The translations under genes and the position numbers were made by a program. From an uncultured Gammaproteobacteria bacterium (lineage in GTDB: Bacteria; Patescibacteriota; Microgenomatia; UBA10105; UBA927), in NCBI GenBank assembly GCA_964629685.1, contig CAZVTT010000005.1, positions 1 through 63,265 of the forward strand: a stretch of 63,265 nt of DNA, read 5' to 3'. Below, in pieces: positions 9,924 through 18,263 of the stretch. Position 1 is the first letter of the stretch. The number at the start of each line of letters is the position of its first letter. The notes under the pieces are model-generated. The model ran no database searches and was not told where the DNA came from. It saw only the letters and a program-made list of their open reading frames with translations.

Positions 9924-10574
9924 ATGTATTATGAAGCGGTTATTTTCGACAACGATGATACCCTGGTACAAACTATTGCCTGTCGGTGGGCAGCCATTAA
10001 AGAGACAGCCAGACGTTTTTATTCCCTCACGGTCACCGATGCAGACATAAAGCCGGTGTGGGGTAATCCTTATCCGGAAATATTAGCGGAAATACTGCAT
10101 CACATAGATACACCCCAATCCATTAAAACCCATTATGAATCGATTATCGGTGAGTTCCCCAAACTCGCCCATCCGGGCGCAGTGGAAATGGTTCATTGGC
10201 TCCTGGGTCTCGGCGTATCGGTAAGCGTGCTTACCGCCAGCGGCAGGAATATCGTCATTGACGACCTAACTACACTCGGATTCCCTATCTCGAGACTAAC
10301 CATGGTGCAAACCGCAGAAGACACGACTGCCCATAAACCTGATCCTGCCGTGTTTCTTCCTATTCTGACGAAACTGGAACAGCAACAAATCAGGAAAGAC
10401 AATATCATTTATATTGGCGATGCCATGATGGATTACACGGCTGCCCGCGGTGCGGGAATACAATTTTGCGGAATCGTGCAGGGGCTAACGTCTATTTTTG
10501 ACTTTCGGCAGGCAGGAGCTGCTGCCGTATCTTCTTTTACCGATCTGCGGACATACCTATCTCAAAACCAATAA
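9924..10574 (+). CDS. HAD-superfamily hydrolase
   Basis: VIFDNDDTL, LTAS, HKPDP, YIGDA motifs. Confidence 0.88.
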   Translation: MYYEAVIFDNDDTLVQTIACRWAAIKETARRFYSLTVTDADIKPVWGNPYPEILAEILHHIDTPQSIKTHYESIIGEFPKLAHPGAVEMVHWLLGLGVSVSVLTASGRNIVIDDLTTLGFPISRLTMVQTAEDTTAHKPDPAVFLPILTKLEQQQIRKDNIIYIGDAMMDYTAARGAGIQFCGIVQGLTSIFDFRQAGAAAVSSFTDLRTYLSQNQ

Positions 10575-11285
10575 TTACAACGAATCCATCATTTGTTTCA
10601 AATACTGTTGTAATCCGTTAAACAACTTCTTCGCCTGTGGCGTCAGATCATCTGCCTGTTGCCTGACCGTTTGCGTAATGAGTTCCCTGGCCTCTTTCAT
10701 ATATGAACGGACGGCAGCCGGCATGGAATGTTTATGAAATTTTCCGATAATGGAAACATACGGCAGTTTTACTTTTACAACCCGTTTATCTTTGTGAATA
10801 TCGTTAAGAAATAACTCTATACCGTACCCCACCGTGGCCATTTGATCTATGTATGGGGCAATATTTTGCCGCAACACTACGCGCTCACCGGTAAGCTTAT
10901 CGAATAAATCTTTTTTCTTTTTGGGGCTTGCCCAAAGCCTGGTAAGACCGAGTACCATGTCCGCCTTTCCTGCCTCTATAGGTGCCACCAGCGTATCCAA
11001 ATCATGATGTGATAATCCCACCAGGTCAGAATCGACAAATACGATAATTTCACCGGTAGTATGTTGAATACCGCTCATGAGTGCATACCCTTTTCCCTGA
11101 TTTTTTTTGTAGGTTATGACGGTAATCCGGGTTCCGAACGGTTTTAACGCCGCCAGTGATTTATCCGAAGAACCGTCGTTCACGACTACCAGTTCATGTA
11201 ATCGTGGCCACGTACGCACCACCTCTACCACCGAGGCTACCGTTTGCTCTTCGTTATAAACAGGAATAATGACGGAAATATTCAT
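10575..11285 (-). CDS. family 2 glycosyltransferase
   Basis: IIPVYNEE, VNDGSSD, NQGKG, FVDSD. Confidence 0.92.
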   Translation of the reverse strand: MNISVIIPVYNEEQTVASVVEVVRTWPRLHELVVVNDGSSDKSLAALKPFGTRITVITYKKNQGKGYALMSGIQHTTGEIIVFVDSDLVGLSHHDLDTLVAPIEAGKADMVLGLTRLWASPKKKKDLFDKLTGERVVLRQNIAPYIDQMATVGYGIELFLNDIHKDKRVVKVKLPYVSIIGKFHKHSMPAAVRSYMKEARELITQTVRQQADDLTPQAKKLFNGLQQYLKQMMDSL

Positions 11286-11354
11286 AGTTCAACAATGTAG
11301 CGCCTGAGTATAGGCTAAAGCCTGGAAGCAGTCCAGTCAACAATGTACCCGTAT

Positions 11355-12722
11355 CTAACGGGCATTTACCCGTTCCGGATGCCACACGGTTACCTCTGCA
11401 GTGCCGGTAAGCATTCTGTTTGCCCATTCGACTCCCTGCATAAACGTATGATCCTGATTTGATACTTCATATTTCCATGCCCCGAATCTTCCGCGGGAAT
11501 AAATACCGAGTTTTTCCAGATCCGGTAAAACCCGATCCAGAAACGCGTCACGGGTTAACGTGGGTGTGGGATAACCGTATGGTGCCGTGTATTTCCACAT
11601 ATCCACTATCCGGTCGTGTGTACCGATTAATTTTGTAGCTTTGGCACCCCGGATCACGGCATCAAACACATCGTCAGGTTTTGGTCTATACCGGGATACG
11701 GCAATTTCCGTCATAAGTGACCAGGTACCGGCCGGTGCATTGGTTTCGGCGTACCGGGAGAATACCGTTGCCCTAAAAAACGGTGCCTGATCCTCGGGAA
11801 AATACATCCAGCATTTATCCAGTAAATGTGGCGGCAAACTCCCTTTAATACCAAGTCCGACAATAATGACCGACGAATGTTTTAGCGGAGATCTGGGAAA
11901 CGTTCGGCCAGAATACCCAACAATCATAGATTTTAAAAGATCCAGCGGAATCGTAGACAACACCGCATCATAATAGTCGCGGGAACCATCAGAAAATTTA
12001 ACGCTGTGCCGGGCGCAATCCACTTCCCGGAGCGTTTTTCCGAGTTTAATAGTACTTCCGATATGGATGCCGGCTCGCTTCCATAACTCACCACTCCCAC
12101 CTTTTTTAGGGAAATGGAACACTGCATTCGGACCCCACGAGACGTCATCACGTTTTTGCATGACGTTATCCCGCACCCTTTGTATGTCTATGGCAGCAAC
12201 CCGGTCACCTACCCAGGCATAATTCATTTTCTCCGCCGGAAACGCCCACTGCTTCCGGTTGTACGGCAAAAGAAAATGCCGGGCAATACCCGAGCCGAAA
12301 GATGCTTCCACCCAATCGCGGAAATGGCGGAGAGACGGCGGGCGTTTTCGGGAAACGGTTTGTTCAAGTCCCTGCAGGCATTCCCGTAAAACCGGCGGGG
12401 GCAAATGGTGGATGTTTAACTGAAACGGATACGGTATAAATCTGTCGTACAACCAAACCCAGGCCTGTCGTTGCACGGTGTTATATTCCCCGTGTAATAC
12501 TTGTTCAAACATACGATCGAAATAGTGATAATGGGAATGAATCACGTGCCCGCCGATGTCCCAGGTAAATCCGTTTTCATCCGTAAACGAAGTAGCTAAA
12601 CCACCTGTGTACTGTTCTTTTTCGTAAACCACATAATTGTCGTATCCCAGCTCGTGGAGCCGCCAGGCGGCTCCCAGTCCGCAGGGCCCGGCCCCCAGAA
12701 TAACTAATCTCGGTTTTTTCAT
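11355..12722 (-). CDS. FAD oxidoreductase, eukaryotic-type UDP-galactopyranose mutase-like
   Basis: GAGPCGLGAA, DIGGHVIHSHY, PYPFQ, WVGDRVA, WGPNAVFHFP, RGRFGAWKYEVSNQDHTFMQGVE, all matching fungal/trypanosomatid UGM motifs. Confidence 0.8.
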   Translation of the reverse strand: MKKPRLVILGAGPCGLGAAWRLHELGYDNYVVYEKEQYTGGLATSFTDENGFTWDIGGHVIHSHYHYFDRMFEQVLHGEYNTVQRQAWVWLYDRFIPYPFQLNIHHLPPPVLRECLQGLEQTVSRKRPPSLRHFRDWVEASFGSGIARHFLLPYNRKQWAFPAEKMNYAWVGDRVAAIDIQRVRDNVMQKRDDVSWGPNAVFHFPKKGGSGELWKRAGIHIGSTIKLGKTLREVDCARHSVKFSDGSRDYYDAVLSTIPLDLLKSMIVGYSGRTFPRSPLKHSSVIIVGLGIKGSLPPHLLDKCWMYFPEDQAPFFRATVFSRYAETNAPAGTWSLMTEIAVSRYRPKPDDVFDAVIRGAKATKLIGTHDRIVDMWKYTAPYGYPTPTLTRDAFLDRVLPDLEKLGIYSRGRFGAWKYEVSNQDHTFMQGVEWANRMLTGTAEVTVWHPERVNAR

Positions 12723-12724
12723 AT

Positions 12725-14608
12725 TTAGCGGGCAAACCAGGCTTCAAATATTTTTTTGGCTACGGGTGCGGCGACATCACTCCCTTCGCCGGCAGCTTCG
12801 ACCAGAACGGTAACGGATATCTCGGGTTCGCCACTCACAACTTCCGAACCGGCATAATCATGCAGTGACGCAGTCGGATGTTGTATGGGTCCGAACGCGG
12901 TAAACCATGCGTGTGTCTTGTTCTGTGGATCCCCGAATTCCGCCGTTCCGGTTTTACATGCTACCGGTACGGATCTGAATTTTTGCTTAGCGATTCCCGC
13001 CGAGCCGCTCGCACTTGGTTCCAGCACTTCCGGTATTCCGGAAGCTACGGGAACTTTAAAATTAAACATAGGCCAACCGGTACCGCCGGTGCTGCACGCG
13101 GCTTCCATTCCCTGCATAATTTCCCCAATCGTATCCGTCTGTAATTTTAGGCTGGTACACACAGCAGGGTGATGCGCTCCGACTTTTTGGATAGTCGGCC
13201 GACAGAGCGATCCCCCGTTGGCAATACTATCTGTCCAAGCGGCTACCTGCAACGGAGTGGTCAGCAGGTATCCCTGTCCGATAGAAACATGATAGGTATC
13301 GCCTAAATACCACTCGTTGTTCCGGGCAAGCTTGTCCGCCTCGGTGTTAAACCGTTCGTTCTTCCATTCAGGACTGGCTATTAATCCGCCTGCTTCCCCG
13401 GCCAATTCTATTCCCAATGGTTTCCCGATACCTACCTTGGTGGACCACTCATTTAGCTTGGTAATTCCCAGTGCTTCCCCCGCTTTATAAAAATAAATAT
13501 CGTTACTGCGGGCAAGTGCTTTTACGATATTTACCATCCCGTCCGTTTTTCCGTATTTTAAAAAATACCAGTTGGGAAATTTGAACGGCCCAATCGTAAT
13601 CACGCCAGTATCTTCGATTAATGTTTGTCCCGTAACCGCTTTTTCTTCCAGCGCTGCCATACTCGTCACAATTTTATATGTCGAGCCGGGCGGATACACG
13701 CCGCCGATAGCACGATTAAACATAGGTTGGTACGGATCGTTCGTGAGTTTATCGTATTCTTCCTGCGTCATACCTAAAGAAAATGCGTTTATCGAAAAGC
13801 TCGGACTGGAATACATCACCAGTATTTCTCCTGTCTGAGGCTTAGTAACCACTACGGTTCCCCGTTTACCTGCCGGAAACGCATTTTTGGCAACTTCCGA
13901 TAACTCGGCATCAAGCGACAACGTAATATTTTCACCGGAAATTTCCTTATCCTGACCAAGTGTACGCAGGGTGCGTCCCTGTGCATCTACTTCCACCAGT
14001 TCGCGTCCGTTCCTCCCGCGCAACTGCTCTTCAAAAACGGCCTCTGCCCCCATTCTTCCGACCGTATCACCTGATTTGTATTTCCGCAGAATATAATAGT
14101 CATCGGTTAATTCTTTCGGACGAATTTCTCCGGTATATCCCAATACATGACTGGTAGATTCCGGATAGAGATACGTACGGAGGTAATCTACTTCCAAAAA
14201 ACTCCCATGGGGCAATCCTTCCTGCCGTAAGGTATTTCCCTGTTCCTCACTTAATACACTGGTACAAAGCTGCTCCGCGTTCTCCTTACAGGGTGCCAAC
14301 AATTTATAATGCGGCGTATTTTCTACTAGCGGTTTCCCGGTTCTGTCCAGGAACAATCCTCTGGGTGCATGCCGGATCAGCTCACGGGTTCTATTTTCAT
14401 CGGCCAGCACGCGGTAGGTGTGACCCCGGATAACCGTAAGATGAAATAACCGGGAGCCAAGCACAAACAACGCGACGAAGAGGACAATGGCAAATAACAG
14501 CGCCCTCCCTGCACCAAACCACCAGGGCGCCTGTATCGATTTGAATAATCGTTGCGAATTTGTTTTCTCGACAATAACGTTATCTGAAAACGCTTTTCCT
14601 AATTTCAT
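12725..14608 (-). CDS. mrdA: class B penicillin-binding protein 2
   Basis: N-terminal TM, RGLFLDR, catalytic STYK, SND and KTG motifs. Confidence 0.9.
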   Translation of the reverse strand: MKLGKAFSDNVIVEKTNSQRLFKSIQAPWWFGAGRALLFAIVLFVALFVLGSRLFHLTVIRGHTYRVLADENRTRELIRHAPRGLFLDRTGKPLVENTPHYKLLAPCKENAEQLCTSVLSEEQGNTLRQEGLPHGSFLEVDYLRTYLYPESTSHVLGYTGEIRPKELTDDYYILRKYKSGDTVGRMGAEAVFEEQLRGRNGRELVEVDAQGRTLRTLGQDKEISGENITLSLDAELSEVAKNAFPAGKRGTVVVTKPQTGEILVMYSSPSFSINAFSLGMTQEEYDKLTNDPYQPMFNRAIGGVYPPGSTYKIVTSMAALEEKAVTGQTLIEDTGVITIGPFKFPNWYFLKYGKTDGMVNIVKALARSNDIYFYKAGEALGITKLNEWSTKVGIGKPLGIELAGEAGGLIASPEWKNERFNTEADKLARNNEWYLGDTYHVSIGQGYLLTTPLQVAAWTDSIANGGSLCRPTIQKVGAHHPAVCTSLKLQTDTIGEIMQGMEAACSTGGTGWPMFNFKVPVASGIPEVLEPSASGSAGIAKQKFRSVPVACKTGTAEFGDPQNKTHAWFTAFGPIQHPTASLHDYAGSEVVSGEPEISVTVLVEAAGEGSDVAAPVAKKIFEAWFAR

Positions 14609-14659
14609 ACTGAAGAAGTATTATCCTCCCGTATTGCGACGCCATGTTTTTCTATGCAT

Positions 14660-15292
14660 TTAGAATTGCACAGGTAAAACGGGCAGCAGAAGTACGTACG
14701 CAATGAACAACACCCACGAGTATACCGCACCCATAATTGCTTGTGCCAATGTGTGATCGCGTCGGTACACCCGTGCCCAGATTACCAGAGGGACTACCAC
14801 GAGCGTGGGCCACCAGCCATACCAATACGTTAAAAACGCACTGGTCAACGCCACCATACCGGTATGACCGGATAACTTCCACCAGTTGGTAATTGCAAAA
14901 AAACCGACGAGCCATGTGCAAAAAAACGCAAATGTTTGGGTTAAATGCGCGTTACCGAACCAGTAGACGGCTGTCAAATCCAATACCGCTAATACCAACA
15001 ATATCCGTAAAGCTTTGACCCTCTGGACCCTATTCCCCAAATCCCAATCACTGACCGTTCTTCGTTGCAACGCGACTAACAGGAGCGCGAGCGGAATACC
15101 GACGATGACTACAAAAAACAACAGCAAAAACCGAACCTGATCACCCGAAGATAACTTACTTTCAAGAATAACGAATGTCATGAGCGCCGTAAAAACAAAT
15201 GGCGGATCGAATAACCGCGAAATGAGTGTGGCAACACCTATCGGTAAGGAAGCAGTCTTTGGCCAGAAACCGGTCGGCAGGTATTTGTGCAT
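14660..15292 (-). CDS. PAP2-like polytopic membrane protein
   Basis: ~6 TMs, KLSGH, ARVYRRDHT. Confidence 0.7.
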   Translation of the reverse strand: MHKYLPTGFWPKTASLPIGVATLISRLFDPPFVFTALMTFVILESKLSSGDQVRFLLLFFVVIVGIPLALLLVALQRRTVSDWDLGNRVQRVKALRILLVLAVLDLTAVYWFGNAHLTQTFAFFCTWLVGFFAITNWWKLSGHTGMVALTSAFLTYWYGWWPTLVVVPLVIWARVYRRDHTLAQAIMGAVYSWVLFIAYVLLLPVLPVQF

Positions 15293-15294
15293 AA

Positions 15295-16362
15295 TTACGT
15301 AAGTTCGCGGTAACGCGGAGCCGCTACTTTAACACTTTTTAGCAACCGTTCGTCTTCCAGTAATTTACCACATCCACGGACAACCGCAGTCAGCGGATCG
15401 TCAGTTACCCATACGGGAATTTTCATTTCGGTAGCAATATATTTATCCAATCCTTTTATAAGCGCACCGCCACCGGCTAAAACAATACCATGTTCCATAA
15501 CGTCTCCCAATAATTCCGGGGGCGTTTCTTCTATCGTTTCGGCAATCGCTTCCATTATTTCGTGAAAAACGGAAGAAAGGGCTTCTCTGATTTCCGATTC
15601 TCCTAACCGTACGGATTTGGGTAAACCAGTTTCCACATTGCGCCCCCGCACCACGGTTTGCCGTTCGGATTTATCTACCGGGTATGCGGATCCTATGCTT
15701 ATTTTTACGTCTTCCGCAGTTTGTTCACCGATAAGTAGTGAATGCTTCAATCTGACAAAGTTAATAATGGCATCATCCATCTCGTCTCCGGCTACCCGAA
15801 TGCTGCGGTTTACCACTATGCCGCCCAGACTTAATACTGCTATTTCACTGGTACCACCGCCGATATCACAGATCAAACTGCCACTGCTTTCCTGAATTGG
15901 TAACCCTGCCCCAACGGCAGCTGCCATAGGCTCTTCAATAAGATAGGCTTCACGGGCGCCGGCCATAAGCGCCGCTTCCTGCACTGCACGGCGTTCTACT
16001 TCCGTAACACCTGAAGGAATACCTACAACTACTTTCGGTCTGGGGATACTGGGAAGAAACGATTGACGGGGTGACTGATGAACCAATTGGATGTAGTGTT
16101 TTAGCATGGCTGCCGTAGCATCGAAATCGGCAATGACGCCGTCTTTTAATGGCCGAAGTGCCTCTATCGTTGTCGGCGTTTTCCCCAACATCTTTTTGGC
16201 TTCCATGCCTACAGCTAAAACGGCTTTTGTTTTCCGGTGACGGGCTACGACGGATGGTTCGCGGATAACTATGCCTTTTCCTTTTACATGAACCAATATA
16301 TTAGCGGTACCGAGATCGATACCTAAATCGTGGGAGAATAATCCGAACAATGCATCCAGCAT
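15295..16362 (-). CDS. mreB: rod shape-determining actin homolog MreB
   Basis: GIDLGTAN, IEEPMAAA, DIGGGTSE, LAGGGAL. Confidence 0.97.
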   Translation of the reverse strand: MLDALFGLFSHDLGIDLGTANILVHVKGKGIVIREPSVVARHRKTKAVLAVGMEAKKMLGKTPTTIEALRPLKDGVIADFDATAAMLKHYIQLVHQSPRQSFLPSIPRPKVVVGIPSGVTEVERRAVQEAALMAGAREAYLIEEPMAAAVGAGLPIQESSGSLICDIGGGTSEIAVLSLGGIVVNRSIRVAGDEMDDAIINFVRLKHSLLIGEQTAEDVKISIGSAYPVDKSERQTVVRGRNVETGLPKSVRLGESEIREALSSVFHEIMEAIAETIEETPPELLGDVMEHGIVLAGGGALIKGLDKYIATEMKIPVWVTDDPLTAVVRGCGKLLEDERLLKSVKVAAPRYRELT

Positions 16363-16573
16363 GCCAAAAACCGTTCCAGTCCAGTAATGGTTGTTTCTCT
16401 ACTCTATACAGAAGAACCGTACTGTAACGGCACTGTCATTCTATCACAGCTTCCATACGAATACGTTTTTTGTCCCACCCAGTAAAATGACGGAATATAC
16501 ATATCTTTGCATACCGTATTTATCTAGTTTGTTTTTGTCAGATTTATTTTTTTCGGCTATAATACGTGCAGAT

Positions 16574-17137
16574 ATGGCTCATCCCGAAACCAGCACCGCT
16601 ACGCCATCAGAGCCGGAACGTTATGATGATCTCGGCATTCCCGCCCCTGAAGATATCCCTGCAGTCGTTGCACAAGTAGAACTAACAGGAGCGCCACGTA
16701 CCGTTGAAGTGGGACACGGAAAGCTACACGAAGGAACTGAACCTGTTCGTATCTTTCAGGAACGTGTTGTCCGGGTGGTAATTGGGTTAAATACCGCTAC
16801 AGGTGATCATGAAGCACACGCATTAACGGATACGGCACTTAATGGAGGGGAATTACGCCATGAACCTTTAGCCCGGTATGCATGCATTTATGATGCTGCA
16901 ACAGAAGGTAAACCATCACTATCTTCCGCAAGGAAAGGCGGTGCGTCACGACCGTTTGTGGACACGGAAGCTGCCGTTTTAGCCCGCGGCGGAGATCCAG
17001 GCTACAAAATTAAAAAACCAGCACACAGTTTTGGGTTGCCGAATACATATATACAACTATACGGTGAAACAACACAACCGGAAGCGGTTCAGGTCTTAAG
17101 CGGAGAAGCTGATGATCTGGCTGATATAGAATTTTAA
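16574..17137 (+). CDS. hypothetical protein (187 aa)
   Basis: TATAAT (16558-16563) 10 nt before ATG 16574; the track ORF from 16391 is probably over-extended. Confidence 0.7.
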   Translation: MAHPETSTATPSEPERYDDLGIPAPEDIPAVVAQVELTGAPRTVEVGHGKLHEGTEPVRIFQERVVRVVIGLNTATGDHEAHALTDTALNGGELRHEPLARYACIYDAATEGKPSLSSARKGGASRPFVDTEAAVLARGGDPGYKIKKPAHSFGLPNTYIQLYGETTQPEAVQVLSGEADDLADIEF

Positions 17138-17141
17138 AGGA

Positions 17142-17295
17142 TCAGGCAGGGACAAAGAAGAACAGCAACGTAGAATATTCGGTATGACCCGAGTTTCTCC
17201 ATATACTATTTCTCTTTGTCCCTTCCGTAACGCTATCGGTCAGCTTCGTTACGTAATATCCGCAAGTCGGCGGGAACATGCGAATATCGCCTGAA
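17142..17295. other. multi-stem structured intergenic element
   Basis: Complementary pairs TCAGGC/GCCTGA, AGGGACAAAG/CTTTGTCCCT, CGTAACG/CGTTACG and ATATTCG/CGAATAT. Confidence 0.45.
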
Positions 17296-17319
17296 AAAAC
17301 AGTGCAGCTGTAGCACTGA
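17295..17319 (-). terminator. intrinsic terminator
   Basis: Minus strand: CAGTGC-tacagct-GCACTG-TTTTTT, just after the 71-aa ORF. Confidence 0.75.
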
Positions 17320-17347
17320 GAATACCCGTGAGCCCCGCTAAGGCTAG

Positions 17348-17563
17348 TTAGTCAGCAGTTGTTGCTGAAGTGCGATTGAGTTCGAAGTGGTTCTTGAGAA
17401 CGTTTCCACCCGAATCTTTCGCCTGTCGCAGGAGACCCGATGCAACAAGCGCATCGAAATCTACGTGCTTTCCCACTCCTTTCGAGATTTTGGACTTGGT
17501 AGCTCGTCCGCCACTTTGTCCGAGTAGAAATTGCTCGACAAGGCTGCCTGTATCGTGTGACAT
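17348..17563 (-). CDS. small winged-helix-like protein (71 aa)
   Basis: SD GGAG, own promoter and terminator; ATKSKISKGVG...DALVASGLL resembles a wHTH. Confidence 0.6.
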   Translation of the reverse strand: MSHDTGSLVEQFLLGQSGGRATKSKISKGVGKHVDFDALVASGLLRQAKDSGGNVLKNHFELNRTSATTAD

Positions 17564-17767
17564 ATTATCTCTCCGGATTTTGGTATGAGTTTTTCAAAGA
17601 GGGTGCGGGGCTCCTTAGTAGTCAACAAGTGATTGTTGGCTCCTGTGAACCCGGCACTGCTTTCTTTACGGGGCTCAACTGTAAATGTACGAACAGGTGC
17701 TCCCATCCGGGAACGGAAAAGTCCCCGTTCGGGGACAATTTCAGCCTGAATATAACCGATAGTAATG

Positions 17768-17795
17768 ATTTTAGCACGCACGCGGTCACTGTCAA
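17768..17795 (-). promoter_or_regulatory. sigma70 promoter, extended -10
   Basis: TTGACA-N16-TAAAAT with TGc before the -10. Confidence 0.75.
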
Positions 17796-17889
17796 GACTT
17801 ACCTGTGCGGCATACGGATACCTGTATTCGAATTTTCCGTAAGGTTCGTCGGATTTGACAGTTGGGATTCGTGTTTCTATGCTCTATAT

Positions 17890-18204
17890 ATGAAGCATAT
17901 CCTCCTGGTGTTAAGTATTATTCTATTCTTTTCTACTGCCGCTTCCCGCAATATTCCTGCTCACGCACAGGAAGAGATAAAAGTCTGCGCCGGAGATCTG
18001 AAAAAGGACGGTAAAGTGGACATGACGGATGTGATGCAGTTTATAATTGATATTTGGCAGTATTCCAAGCACCCTGAACTGGATGTAAATACCGATCAGA
18101 AAATATCAGTAATCGACTTTGGCGTGGTCGTAAAGGATGCAATTCAACAATGTACGTATACGTACGAACCTCCCCAAACCGATCCTTTTGCAACTCCGGA
18201 ATAG
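17890..18204 (+). CDS. secreted dockerin/EF-hand-like protein
   Basis: Signal peptide, GDLKKDGKVDMTD and DVNTDQKISVID duplicated Ca-loop; leaderless promoter TTGACA-N17-TATGCT-N6-ATG. Confidence 0.75.
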   Translation: MKHILLVLSIILFFSTAASRNIPAHAQEEIKVCAGDLKKDGKVDMTDVMQFIIDIWQYSKHPELDVNTDQKISVIDFGVVVKDAIQQCTYTYEPPQTDPFATPE

Positions 18205-18263
18205 CCGTACGGCATCTATTTGCCTCTTTCGACGTATCCCACCCTGCGTGATATACTGACTGC

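Noticed and set aside
17640-17730. RNase P-like GGAAAAGTCC and cobalamin-like CAACTGTAA words on the plus strand
   Set aside because: Isolated words without partner conserved regions; the region is better explained as the minus-strand leader of 17348..17563.
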